This document shows positions 36,578 to 46,864 of a stretch of 64,000 nucleotides of DNA, in pieces. Position 1 is the stretch's first letter. Each line of letters starts with the position of its first letter. The DNA comes from an uncultured delta proteobacterium. GTDB lineage: Bacteria > Desulfobacterota > Binatia > Binatales > Binataceae. The translations under genes were made by a program, and so were the position numbers. The stretch is from the NCBI GenBank assembly GCA_963808235.1, contig CAWEEQ010000004.1, positions 2,560,001 through 2,624,000 on the forward strand, in the 5' to 3' direction. The notes beneath the pieces were generated by a model that saw only the letters and a program-made list of their open reading frames with translations, was not told where the DNA came from and made no database searches.

Positions 36578-37738
36578 TCAGGCGGTCAGAGTTCGACGCG
36601 ATGCCAACTCCGGAGCGAAATCCGCGCCGCTCATCGTGGTCTCATACAGATCGCGAGTCCGCTGGACCATCGCATCGATCGTAAATTCACTTTGCACGCG
36701 GCGGCGTGCTGCTTCGCCGTAGCTGGTTCGGAGTTCAACGTTGCCAAGAAGGCGATTGATGCCGCCGGCAAGGGCGTCGGCGTTGGCCGGCTCAACTGTG
36801 ATCCCGGTGACGCCATCGAGCGAGGCAAACGGAACACCCGAATTGAGATTTGTGTTGACGACCGCTTTGCCGCACGCCATCGCCTCGAGCTGAACGATCC
36901 CGAAGGCTTCGCTTCGCGCTATGGAAGGAAGCACGAATAGATCCGCTGCGTGATAATACGGCACGATTTCGCGCGGCTGCATCTCGCCGAGAAATTCGAC
37001 GCGGCTCGCGACGCCGAGCTCGCGCGCCAGGCGCCCGAGCGGGTTGCGTAGCGGGCCGTCGCCGACCAGCATCAAGGTTGCGTCAATCCGCGTCATCGCG
37101 CGGATCAAATACTCGAAGCCCTTGTAGTAGACGAGCCGCCCGACGGCCAGCAGCAGCGGCGTTGAGCGGCCGCGCCGAATCTTCTCGACGCTTGCGGCGG
37201 ACGGATCGAGAAATTCCTCGACTCCGATTCCGTACGGGATGACGACGGTGCGGTTTTTCAGACGGGAAAGATCCGGCGAGCTTTCGACGTAGTTGGGCGA
37301 GGTCGCGATGAGCGCGTCGCAGTTGGCGAGAAATCGGCGTTGGATCGGCTCGAACATCTTCGCCAAGCGGCGCTGGCGGACAACATCGCTATGCCAAGTG
37401 GCGATCAGAGGTCCGCGGTAGCCGCTCGCGAGGATAGCCAGCATGCCTGCCGGATTGGGCAGATGGAGATGAACGAGGTCGGCGCGGGCGCGTCGAATCT
37501 TCAGTGGCATCGTGAGGCAGATCGGGGCGCCTGCAATCTGGAACTGGGCACCGAGCCGATGAATCGCGACGCCGTCCACGATCGAGTCCTCATCGCGGCG
37601 CCGATCGCCGGCGACTATCACATGCACGTCGTGCGATTCCTTGAGTCCTTTGCACAGAGCCTGCAAATGAGTCTCTATACCGCCGACATGAGGCGGATAG
37701 TATTTGCCGACCTGCAGTACTTTGAGGCGATTAGCCAT
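36578..37738 (-). CDS. Glycosyltransferase family 4
   Basis: KYYPP..GGIE, VGRLVYYKG, EAFGIVQLEAMACG. Confidence 0.93.
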   Translation of the reverse strand: MANRLKVLQVGKYYPPHVGGIETHLQALCKGLKESHDVHVIVAGDRRRDEDSIVDGVAIHRLGAQFQIAGAPICLTMPLKIRRARADLVHLHLPNPAGMLAILASGYRGPLIATWHSDVVRQRRLAKMFEPIQRRFLANCDALIATSPNYVESSPDLSRLKNRTVVIPYGIGVEEFLDPSAASVEKIRRGRSTPLLLAVGRLVYYKGFEYLIRAMTRIDATLMLVGDGPLRNPLGRLARELGVASRVEFLGEMQPREIVPYYHAADLFVLPSIARSEAFGIVQLEAMACGKAVVNTNLNSGVPFASLDGVTGITVEPANADALAGGINRLLGNVELRTSYGEAARRRVQSEFTIDAMVQRTRDLYETTMSGADFAPELASRRTLTA

Positions 37739-37802
37739 TTGATTCAAACAACAATACTATGATCGTGCGCTGATGACTCTTCGGTCATTAGCCACTTATC
37801 TT

Positions 37803-38858
37803 TCACGAAGCCATCTTGGCCATTACCGCCTGGCAGGCCGCTTCGCATTCGGCGCGGTTTGCCAATATCCAGTTGCGGACGAGTTCAACACCGCGACGCC
37901 ATGGCACTCGAGGCTCCCAGTCGAAGTCGTTTCTCGCCCGTCTGATATCGCTGACATAGATTCGTTGATCGCCAAGTCGCCACGCGCCGTGGCGGTACGG
38001 CGGTTTTTTTCCGCTGAGCGTGCCCATATGGTCGATTAATTCCAGCAGTGAAACCGCGTTGGCGGGGCCGCCGCCGATATTGTAAACGCGCCCGCGGGCT
38101 GCATCGATATTGTTGGCCGCCGCGTCATAAGCGCCGAGAAGGTCATCGACGAATAGTACGTCACGTACCTGTTTGCCATCGCCGTAGATAGTCAGTGGCC
38201 GCCCCAGTTCCGCGGCGATCAAGAACCACGCGATCCATCCCTGATCTTCCATCCCAAACTGACGGGTGCCATAGATGCACGACTGTCTGAACACGACAGT
38301 ATTCAGTCCGAATATACGATGATAGTCGCGGACATATTGATCGGCGGACCCCTTGGAACATCCGTACGGGGAATGAAAGTCGAGGCCGATTTCCTCGCTC
38401 ACACCATTGGGCAAATGCGAATATTCGTAGCGCGCGGGAGCCTCGGCGATTTGCAGATGCGTCAGATCGCCATAAACCTTGTTGGTCGAGGAGTAGATGA
38501 GCGTCGAGGTGATTTTGTTTTTGCGCATCGCCTCCAGAACGTTAAGGGTGCCAAGCGCGTTCATCTCGAAATCCGAGCGAGGATCGGCGACGGACGTGGT
38601 AACCGCGACCTGCCCGGCCAGATGGAGCACAAGTGAGGCATCGCGACAGTCGCGAAATGCCGCCTCGACCGCCTTGCCGTCGCGCAGATCGATTTGCTGG
38701 AACTTGACCGCACCCTGGCGCTGGAGCCAATTCAAATTGGCCTGGGTTCCCGGCCTCGACAGGTTATCGAACACGATGACTTGGTCGCCGCGGGCGAGGT
38801 AACGACTCGCCGCGTTGACACCGATGAATCCCGCGCCGCCGGTAATCAGTACTTTCAT
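37803..38858 (-). CDS. NAD-dependent epimerase, CDP-paratose 2-epimerase (RfbE)-like
   Basis: GGAGFIG, LAGQVAVTTS, SSTNKVYG, FHSPYGCSKG, FRQSCIYG, EDQGW. Confidence 0.9.
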   Translation of the reverse strand: MKVLITGGAGFIGVNAASRYLARGDQVIVFDNLSRPGTQANLNWLQRQGAVKFQQIDLRDGKAVEAAFRDCRDASLVLHLAGQVAVTTSVADPRSDFEMNALGTLNVLEAMRKNKITSTLIYSSTNKVYGDLTHLQIAEAPARYEYSHLPNGVSEEIGLDFHSPYGCSKGSADQYVRDYHRIFGLNTVVFRQSCIYGTRQFGMEDQGWIAWFLIAAELGRPLTIYGDGKQVRDVLFVDDLLGAYDAAANNIDAARGRVYNIGGGPANAVSLLELIDHMGTLSGKKPPYRHGAWRLGDQRIYVSDIRRARNDFDWEPRVPWRRGVELVRNWILANRAECEAACQAVMAKMAS

Positions 38859-39017
38859 AGCAAGCTGCCCTGCACCCACCTTTCGCTAAAGTTTTTATTT
38901 CTCAGGACTGTAATGACATCATGATTTCGCGATAAGTGTCCGCGGTTCGCATCGCGTTCACTGTCCAACTATCGAAAGATTCTCATCGCCGGCCGCGCGC
39001 CAAAATGGTGCATCCGG

Positions 39018-40160
39018 TCAGCGTCGGTAAGTCCCCATCGGGGCGCTATATTGATCTAGCGATCGGGCGGTAGCTTGCTCTGCGTTCTCAGTTCTGAACG
39101 TCACCGCCGAAGCCAACAATTCAGTCGCGGCCGACAACACTTCCTCGACCGTGATGGAGGTTATGCACTTTTTGGCGTACGCCGTGCACACTGAGAGCCC
39201 GCATCCGAAGCACTCGGTCTGATGGTAAATTACCTTGTTTCGATTACCCCATGGAAACCAGACCCCGGGCTTGGCACGCGCGCAGAAGACTGCGACGCAG
39301 GGTACTCCGACCGCGGCCGCAAGATGCATCGGACCGCTGTCATGTCCAAGGAACAGGGTCGCGCTGCTCATAACGGCAGCGCTTTCGCGGGGTGTCAGGG
39401 CTCCGCAAAGGTTCAACCTTGGCCCGGGCCATTGCCGGCACAGTTCGTCGCTGCGATCGAACTCGTCCGTGGCTCCAATCAGGAGCAGGCCGTAATCGGG
39501 CCATCTCGAGCCCAAGTGACCGATCAGACGCAGCCAGTTATCCCTGCCCCACTCTTGAACTTCAGACTTGCCTCCGACGGCGCATACTATGAAGTGCGGC
39601 GGTGCCGGCCACGCTGCGAGAATTTGGCGGGCACGTTCGTGTTCATTCCAGGTGAGCCGAAGATCCCAGCTAGCGGGCTCATTCAAGCGGGCATCGCCAA
39701 GGGAGGTCAGGCATCGGGCAAGACGCTCGGCCTCGGTCTCGTAGCGGCGTTTGTCGGACAGCCAGAGATTCTGGCGCTGATCCCGGCGGTAGGTTACACC
39801 GATCAATTGCTTGATTCCGCAGGCCTTGAAAAAAAGCACGTCGCGCCAGGTCCTCAGTCGGTTTCTAAGACCCGGTAGGTAAATCAATGCCCGCGGACGG
39901 AGTTGCATTATCTGCCGCCTAAGCGCCAGGACTTCTTTAATGCCGAGCGAACCTACGGGGTACTCCAGGTAACCGCGTATGAGTCCCGAGCCGTCGAGTA
40001 CGGTCCCAAGTGGGGGAGCTTTGCGACTTACAGGAAAATTGGTGCATACCCATAGGTCCGCCCGCGGAAAGGCGCGTGCCACAAGGTGGAAGCAAGGTAA
40101 GGCGACAACTGTGTCACCCAAGCTTCCGAGACGAAAAATCAAAATGTTTTCCGAGCCCAT
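39018..40160 (-). CDS. Glycosyltransferase family 9 (heptosyltransferase-like)
   Basis: RLGSLGD, NLCG.LT, GHDSGPMHLAAAVG.P.V. Confidence 0.9.
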   Translation of the reverse strand: MGSENILIFRLGSLGDTVVALPCFHLVARAFPRADLWVCTNFPVSRKAPPLGTVLDGSGLIRGYLEYPVGSLGIKEVLALRRQIMQLRPRALIYLPGLRNRLRTWRDVLFFKACGIKQLIGVTYRRDQRQNLWLSDKRRYETEAERLARCLTSLGDARLNEPASWDLRLTWNEHERARQILAAWPAPPHFIVCAVGGKSEVQEWGRDNWLRLIGHLGSRWPDYGLLLIGATDEFDRSDELCRQWPGPRLNLCGALTPRESAAVMSSATLFLGHDSGPMHLAAAVGVPCVAVFCARAKPGVWFPWGNRNKVIYHQTECFGCGLSVCTAYAKKCITSITVEEVLSAATELLASAVTFRTENAEQATARSLDQYSAPMGTYRR

Positions 40161-40202
40161 GCCAGGTGGTTGGCCGCTTGACTGACCGGCCTGCCACAAC
40201 GA

Positions 40203-41420
40203 TCAGTCATCGCGGTGAGCATAGAAATCGTGGGCAATCACGGCTTCAAGACGATCGAACGCGTCGCGATGATCGTATCGCTGACGGACCATCCGGAGCG
40301 CTTCCGCAGACCGGCGTTCAGCCTCGGCAGGATTGTCGAGTATATCCTCGATGCACTTCGCGAGCCGGTTCGCATCGCCAACCGGATATGACCAGCCGGT
40401 GCGGCCGTTTATGACAGTCTCTTTCAAACCGCCGACTGCGGAGGCGACCACCGGGACTCCGCACGCCATCGCCTCGATCGGCGAGAACCCGAGGCCTTCT
40501 TCGCGGCTGGCCTGAACGCAGATGTCGCTTGCCTGATAGTCCAGCGGAAGTTCGCGATGAGGATGCACGGCGTCGGTCGCGAGCAAGCGATGTGCGACTC
40601 CGACTCGCTCGGCCTCGGCGCTAAATGCGACATAGCCTCCGCTACGATGCAGCAGCCATAGGTCTCGTCCTCGCTCGAGCAGAATTTTGAGTGCCGCGAG
40701 CATCGTATCGCTGTCTTTTTCGGGGGCGATCCGGCTGCTGAAAAAGATGAGCTGGCCGGACTCGGGAAGACCGCGCTCTTTTTTGAGCATGCTCTGGGGA
40801 CGCGTGCGCGGCTTAAAGAGCGAAAGATCCACGCCGTAGATCGGAACGAGATCTACGGAAGCTTTGGTGCCGTGAGCGCGGACGGTGTCACCAAGATGAT
40901 CGCTCGGGACCAGATAGCGGCGCGCCAGTTTTGCGTTGAGCCGCGCGAACACCTCAAACAACTTGAGCTCCCAGACGCGATACGGCTTGCCGGGCTGAAC
41001 ATTGGTCTTGCGGCACCGATAGTAAGCCTCAACCGGACTGACAATTACCATCGCGGTAGGAATCGCAGTGATTGTACTCATTATGTTGCCGACCAGTGCC
41101 GTCAATCCGTAACCCTGAACAAGTATGTAATCGAACTGACTATTACCTTTACGGAGAAAATTCGCGACGAAGAGTGCAAAGCGAGCGCGCGAGGAAGGTC
41201 CGAGAACGAAATTGAACTCGCAATCAGGCGGATGGCTCACCTCGGCGCCGCCGAGGATCCGACGGGCGACCAGGGTCAAGTCGAATCGCGCCGCGAGGCC
41301 CTCCACCGTGCGAACGTCGGTGCCGCTTTCGATTACGTAGCATACGCGCAGCCGCGGCGCCGCCGGTTCGGATCCAGGCGCGGTTGCGGGTGCAGTCTCG
41401 ATGGTGGAACTGAGGTTCAC
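40203..41420 (-). CDS. Glycosyltransferase family 4
   Basis: SSRIAPEK, EGLGFSPIEAMACG.PVV; GTG start inferred. Confidence 0.9.
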   Translation of the reverse strand: MNLSSTIETAPATAPGSEPAAPRLRVCYVIESGTDVRTVEGLAARFDLTLVARRILGGAEVSHPPDCEFNFVLGPSSRARFALFVANFLRKGNSQFDYILVQGYGLTALVGNIMSTITAIPTAMVIVSPVEAYYRCRKTNVQPGKPYRVWELKLFEVFARLNAKLARRYLVPSDHLGDTVRAHGTKASVDLVPIYGVDLSLFKPRTRPQSMLKKERGLPESGQLIFFSSRIAPEKDSDTMLAALKILLERGRDLWLLHRSGGYVAFSAEAERVGVAHRLLATDAVHPHRELPLDYQASDICVQASREEGLGFSPIEAMACGVPVVASAVGGLKETVINGRTGWSYPVGDANRLAKCIEDILDNPAEAERRSAEALRMVRQRYDHRDAFDRLEAVIAHDFYAHRDD

Positions 41421-41433
41421 GGCGAATTTCCAG

Positions 41434-42564
41434 CTATCCGGCGCGCAAGGTATCGATGGTGTGACGGATATCGAACTTGTCAGCGTAGAGCCTCGCGCCC
41501 GACTTTGCCAATTGGTCGCGGCGCTCGTTGTCGGCGAGAAGATCTCGTGCGAGCGCGGCGCCTGCGGCAACATCGCGCTCCGCCACGATCGCGACCGCAC
41601 CCCGCTCGGACCATATTGGCTCGGTCAGGTGGCCGCTATTTGTGACGACAGCGCGGCGATGCGCCAGCGGCGGCATCGCGCTGCTCCGCCTGGTTGCGAT
41701 TCCGCCGGGATACGGCTGCACAAGGAGATCGCACGCGCTGATACACATCGAGACTTCGCACGGCGGCAAAAAGCCCGAAGCGTGGATCTGTCTCGCGAGC
41801 TCGGGATGCTCGCGGGTAATCGCGGCTGCGTATCGTTCACTGTTGCGGCCGATCAGAATTGCGTGAGCGGCGGGAACATCGTCGAGCAGCGCTGGCAGAA
41901 TCTTGTCGAGCATGCCGGTAATGTCGCTGCCGAAAGTTCCGAAATGGCCGACCAGCGGGCCCATTGCCGGCGAGAAGTTGCGCCGAACCGCCGCGATACC
42001 CTGGCAATCTTTCACGACCGGAATACTGCTTGGAATCGGCAGCGATACCAGCCGCGTACCTGGCCGCACGAGGCTGCGCAGCGGCTTTTCCCACGAGGCG
42101 GTAGAGACGAAAATTCGCCGCGCCGCGCGCGCCGCGATCGCCGCCATCGCGCGATGGGCCGCGCTGAGCAGGTTGAGTCTCGGCGCCTGCGAGCGGGCGA
42201 AAGGGAAGGTAACCTCATGGAACATCACCGCGATGTCCATTTTGCGCCGCGCATATAGCCATAATACGAATGGAATGTTCATCGCCTTCATTCCGAAGCC
42301 ATGCGGGACGTATTGGACCAGGACACGCCCGGGCGCCGCGCGAAGTGCGCGATCGAGAATCCAGAGCGCACTCGGGCCAAAGCGGCCGGGAAGACGATGC
42401 AGCATAATTCCTTCTTCGATCGAATCCGACGCGTCCAGGCCGGGCGCCCACACATTGACCACGTCACCGGCGCGCGCCAATTCAATTGCAACCAGCCGCG
42501 TGTAATCGCTAACTCCTCCCGAGTCAGGCGGATATTCGCCGGTAATCAGATGCCATGTACTCAA
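41434..42564 (-). CDS. Glycosyltransferase family 4-like
   Basis: GEYPP..GGVSDYT, QYVPHGFG, QPYPGGIATRRSS. Confidence 0.85.
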   Translation of the reverse strand: MSTWHLITGEYPPDSGGVSDYTRLVAIELARAGDVVNVWAPGLDASDSIEEGIMLHRLPGRFGPSALWILDRALRAAPGRVLVQYVPHGFGMKAMNIPFVLWLYARRKMDIAVMFHEVTFPFARSQAPRLNLLSAAHRAMAAIAARAARRIFVSTASWEKPLRSLVRPGTRLVSLPIPSSIPVVKDCQGIAAVRRNFSPAMGPLVGHFGTFGSDITGMLDKILPALLDDVPAAHAILIGRNSERYAAAITREHPELARQIHASGFLPPCEVSMCISACDLLVQPYPGGIATRRSSAMPPLAHRRAVVTNSGHLTEPIWSERGAVAIVAERDVAAGAALARDLLADNERRDQLAKSGARLYADKFDIRHTIDTLRAG

Positions 42565-42606
42565 TTTTGAAATTCGTGCGTCGATATCGTTTCCACTATG
42601 AATAGC

Positions 42607-44229
42607 TCAGCGGATCGCGCCGCGAGAGCCGCGACCGGTGCGCAATGCGCTCGCGCGTATCCGCCACGCCGCTCGATCCTCGCCGCGCAGCACGACGAAC
42701 CACGCGTAAGCCGTGGTGACAATCATCGCCGCGGCGAATCCACCCGCGAAGCTAAACCATCCTGCGAACAAGCTTGAGCGAGCGATCATCCACCAGATCA
42801 GTGCGGCCCACGGCGCCGCGAGCGCGATCGATCGAACGGTCTCCCACACTACCAGCCGTCCGCTAACTCCATATCGAGTGCAGAACAGGTACGGCGAATA
42901 CCACGCCTCTCCGACCAGGTAGGCGATGACCGTCGCGAGGGTCACTCCGTAGAGCCCGAGCCATTTCCCGAGAAGCGCGCTTAAGACCACGTTGAGAATC
43001 GCGCCGGGAAGGGTCACGACGACTCTGTGCCTGCTGTCGCCGGACATATCGATAGTCCAGCCGAAGAACATGAAGTATGCGACCACCGCGGTCTGGATCG
43101 CGGTCAATAACGTGAGCGCGTCGCCGCCGTAGTAGGGAAGACCCACCCACAGGCGCACGAAATGCTGATTGAACGCCGCCAGCGTCGCGAGCAGGCACAG
43201 TCCCGCGCCGAGAAATATTCTGATCACCTCGAGCACTCTGCGTTCGAACAGCTCCGACTGGCCCGCGGCGCGCAGTTCCGCAAGGCCTGCCCAACTGACT
43301 TCGCTGAACGACGAAACAAATCCGCCCAGCACGGTCATCAGACGCTGCGTGATTGAGAATGTGACGACCGCCGCGGGGTCCGCGACGAGGCTTACTATTA
43401 TGTAGTCGGTAGCGAGGTTCATCTGTCCGCCGATGCCGGTCAGGAACATTGGCCAGCGCAGCGCCCATAGCTCCGTGTGGTCGACCTCGACCGGGCGACT
43501 GCGCATGTATCCCGACAAATGACGCGCGGCAAAATACGCCGAAACCGCCGAGAAGGCGGCGATTCCGATCACGTTCGCGACGAACTGGCCCGGCAAGCCC
43601 CATCCGCGCCACGCGAGCCATACCGCGAGCGCGGAAATCGTAACGGCTTGCACTGAGAGACCGACATTGACCAACGCGCCCAACTGCCTGCATGCGAGCA
43701 CGGATCTGAATACGTCCAATGGCGCAAGCAGGAACGCCGCCAATCCGAGCAACGTTCCCCACCGAAGCTCGTTGCTGAGCGAAGCCGATACGCCGACCAG
43801 CGCAGGCATGAACCAGGTGATCGCGATTCCCGCCGGCAACACCAGCCACAAAGTCTGCCGCATCGTGATCCGCATTCCCGATTTCAGCACGCCCACGGTG
43901 CCGGCAAGATCGCCTCTGCTCGCAGGCCTCAGCAGCAGCACGAGGAGAGTCGGCCCAAGTCCGACATAAAGAAAAGTCAGGTAGCTGGTCCACTGTTGCG
44001 ATGCTCGAAACGCGCCGAGCCGTTCGGCGCCCAAAAATCGCAATAGGTAGGGCGTCGTGACGAAGCCCGCGGCCATGGTGATAACGCTGCGCGCGACGAG
44101 CGTGAGCCATGAGAACGCCGCAAGCGCACTGCGGCTGCGCGCAGGCGCGGATTCGGTCTCGCCGATCTCAGGAGGGCAATCCGCGGAGCCGGCGACGGGG
44201 CTTTCAGCCAGTGCGCTAATTTCTTTCAC
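42607..44229 (-). CDS. wzx: Polysaccharide flippase (Wzx/MOP family)
   Basis: About 12-14 TM, TPYLLRFLG.E..G, D..IVS......V..F; within EPS operon. Confidence 0.85.
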   Translation of the reverse strand: MKEISALAESPVAGSADCPPEIGETESAPARSRSALAAFSWLTLVARSVITMAAGFVTTPYLLRFLGAERLGAFRASQQWTSYLTFLYVGLGPTLLVLLLRPASRGDLAGTVGVLKSGMRITMRQTLWLVLPAGIAITWFMPALVGVSASLSNELRWGTLLGLAAFLLAPLDVFRSVLACRQLGALVNVGLSVQAVTISALAVWLAWRGWGLPGQFVANVIGIAAFSAVSAYFAARHLSGYMRSRPVEVDHTELWALRWPMFLTGIGGQMNLATDYIIVSLVADPAAVVTFSITQRLMTVLGGFVSSFSEVSWAGLAELRAAGQSELFERRVLEVIRIFLGAGLCLLATLAAFNQHFVRLWVGLPYYGGDALTLLTAIQTAVVAYFMFFGWTIDMSGDSRHRVVVTLPGAILNVVLSALLGKWLGLYGVTLATVIAYLVGEAWYSPYLFCTRYGVSGRLVVWETVRSIALAAPWAALIWWMIARSSLFAGWFSFAGGFAAAMIVTTAYAWFVVLRGEDRAAWRIRASALRTGRGSRGAIR

Positions 44230-44239
44230 TCTTTACGGC

Positions 44240-45430
44240 TTAGCTTGGTTGATTTATGCGGCCGATCGCCGGCTGCGGATCCTCGACCGTTGCGACGAAA
44301 TCGCGCGCCATGTCTCGCCAACTATGCGCGCACAACTCGGCGGACAGCGGCTTTACAGACTCCTTCCAGGCCGGCATCGCGGCTCGCCAGCCAAGCAGAC
44401 GTTCGGCGAGTTCATCGACGCTCGAGGGATCGCGCAATATCAATCCGGATAGTGAAGCCGGGTAACGCTCCGAGATTCCGGCGGTCGCACTGACTATTGC
44501 TGGAACGCCCAGGCATAGCGCCTCCTGTACGTTCAATCCGTACGCCTCGTAGCGAACCGGGCTCACCAGAACGTCGGACGCGGTTAGCAAGTCTGTGATT
44601 CGATCGGAGAAACCAAGCATCGTCATTCGCGATGAAATCCCTGCCTGCTCGATCCGCCGCCGCCACGATTCGACACCGCGACCGCCACCGGCCACGACCA
44701 GGTCAACGTCCCAATCGGGAAGCGAGCAGAGTCGGCGCCACGCCGCAAACAGCGTGTCGATTCCCTTGTTGGTGTCGTAACCCAACGCGCCCACAAACGC
44801 CGCAAGAGGACGCTCCGAGTTTCTGCCGAGCCACGCGCGCGCAGCCATTCGGTTGGCGTCTGCGATCGGGCGCGGCGGAGAGTCGGCGCCCAGATATATC
44901 GTGTGGATTTTCTCCGCGGGCACGCCGAGCGTCGTAATAAGATCATGCCGGGTGCGTTCCGAGTTCGCGATGACGATCCTGGAGTTACCGAGCGTCAATC
45001 GTTCGCGTCGGCGCGCGAACGATTTATCAATCCGGTTCTTCAGTTTGAACCACCACGGCGCGTAGTCGTCGCACGATGGCCACGCGTGATGCACCGAATG
45101 AACCCAGTTGATATCGCGCCCGTCGCAGTTTCCCCCGTTAACCACGACTCGAGCGCGCGGAAAATGCGCGCTTACCGCCCGCGCAACCATCTTTCCGCGA
45201 ATACCGAGAAGCCAGTTGCCGAGGAAATAAGAACCCGCCGGCCTGCCAACCCGAGTGACCGTGATCTGCGGATGCGCGGCAAGGCACGATGCGACATCAT
45301 GGGCAACCAGATGAACCGGATGCCCCCGCGATATGAGGAAGTCCGCGAGCGCCGCGTTCGCCTTGTCCATCCCGCCATGCTGATGGAACCCGCCCGCGAC
45401 CAGCACCCAGGGTTCGGACCCTTTGACCAT
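44240..45430 (-). CDS. Glycosyltransferase family 4
   Basis: FVGALG...KG, YEAYGLNVQEAL..G.P. Confidence 0.9.
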   Translation of the reverse strand: MVKGSEPWVLVAGGFHQHGGMDKANAALADFLISRGHPVHLVAHDVASCLAAHPQITVTRVGRPAGSYFLGNWLLGIRGKMVARAVSAHFPRARVVVNGGNCDGRDINWVHSVHHAWPSCDDYAPWWFKLKNRIDKSFARRRERLTLGNSRIVIANSERTRHDLITTLGVPAEKIHTIYLGADSPPRPIADANRMAARAWLGRNSERPLAAFVGALGYDTNKGIDTLFAAWRRLCSLPDWDVDLVVAGGGRGVESWRRRIEQAGISSRMTMLGFSDRITDLLTASDVLVSPVRYEAYGLNVQEALCLGVPAIVSATAGISERYPASLSGLILRDPSSVDELAERLLGWRAAMPAWKESVKPLSAELCAHSWRDMARDFVATVEDPQPAIGRINQPS

Positions 45431-45463
45431 TACGCCTAGCTTTCGGATGCCTGTTGGTCACCC

Positions 45464-46810
45464 TCACATCATATTCCCGGCGAGCCGGGCGTGTGCGACC
45501 CGGCCGGGTTGCGCGGTTCTCTGCCCGGCCATCGAAAATCGCGCCGTCGATACCCATCCAACCAGCATCAGCAGAACCGCCGTTGCGGGAGTCGAATTCA
45601 GCATTCCAGTCCCGGTAAATGCGGTGCCGAACGAAATCAGCAGATAGATCCGGGCCAGCCGAAGGGCGAGATTCCACGGATTGTTGCCGCGCGGCAGCGG
45701 GCTGAGCATCGCCCAGAGAATAAACGCTATCCAGATGAGCAGCCCCGGGATGCCCTGTTCAAGCATGATTCGGGAGTACTCATTTTCCATTGCGACTCCA
45801 TCTTTAATCCGATCCTGGAGGAAGTAAGGGAGGCTGGTCCCTCCGCCGCCAAGACCATTGCCCATCGGATATTTGATCGCGTAGTCGAGGAATGTGTTAC
45901 CGGCGCCGTTATAGGTGAAAAGGCGCGCCTCGACGTAGTCGGTATCGGAGAGACTGGTAAATCTCTGCAAGCGCGGATTGTTTCCGACCACCCAGCCCAC
46001 GATCGCAACTACCACTGCCACCCGGAGGAGGACTTTCAGCGAGATTTGCCCCATCATGAACGTCAGTCCCAGCATCAGGAAAAGTATCATCGCCTGGGTT
46101 CTCGACGCGCCCATGAAGACGCCCAGTACACTCGCAAAGATCGCGGCGGACAGCAGCCAGAAATCGAGTTTGTTTCCGCGTCGCTGCACCCACGCGCCGA
46201 GCAGCAGGACCATGGTTGAGACCATCATCCCGCAGTACGCGGCGGCGTTGATGAAGGTGGCAGGAATTCGATATGCCGAGTGGCCCACCACGTCTCTGGA
46301 AGTGTAGATGATCTGCGTCATCACATTTCTGGGATAGAACCTCGGGACACCCCCGATGTATTCGCCGAGGGCGAAGGCGAACGCGATCAGGTTAAGAACG
46401 GCGAACCATCTCGCCAGAAAATACCAATCGTCGCGTTCCAGCATCGCGCCGATCACAATGAAAGGAATGAAAAATATCTGCCCGCGCAATCCGACCAGCT
46501 GGATCAACGGATCCTGAACGGGAAAGAAGAACAGCAACAGCGGCCATCCAACCAGCAACGCGATCCACGGCTGCAACCGGACGATCCGTGGCCGTTGCTC
46601 GGGATTCACGCCACGCGAAATTAGCGAGAGATAAAAACCGACCGCGCCAGCGTCGAACAGAAAGTGCATTATAGGCGTCGGCAGGTTGGCGCGCATGATT
46701 CCGTACCCGTAGCCAATCGTCATCACCACCCCGAGGCCCAATGCGATCGAGCGCCTGCCCGCAACAAAACATGCGAGCATCGCTGCTGTACAGAGTCCTA
46801 TTCCTTCCAT
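45464..46810 (-). CDS. Putative polysaccharide polymerase (Wzy-like)
   Basis: Multi-TM, RIPATF, SRT, P.G.GLG, ENEY.RI..EQGIPG (Wzy_C-like). Confidence 0.7.
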   Translation of the reverse strand: MEGIGLCTAAMLACFVAGRRSIALGLGVVMTIGYGYGIMRANLPTPIMHFLFDAGAVGFYLSLISRGVNPEQRPRIVRLQPWIALLVGWPLLLFFFPVQDPLIQLVGLRGQIFFIPFIVIGAMLERDDWYFLARWFAVLNLIAFAFALGEYIGGVPRFYPRNVMTQIIYTSRDVVGHSAYRIPATFINAAAYCGMMVSTMVLLLGAWVQRRGNKLDFWLLSAAIFASVLGVFMGASRTQAMILFLMLGLTFMMGQISLKVLLRVAVVVAIVGWVVGNNPRLQRFTSLSDTDYVEARLFTYNGAGNTFLDYAIKYPMGNGLGGGGTSLPYFLQDRIKDGVAMENEYSRIMLEQGIPGLLIWIAFILWAMLSPLPRGNNPWNLALRLARIYLLISFGTAFTGTGMLNSTPATAVLLMLVGWVSTARFSMAGQRTAQPGRVAHARLAGNMM

Positions 46811-46864
46811 TCGCTACCGGTCCAAATAAGTGATTTCATCCCAGGCGGGTCCCGAGCCCGCGGC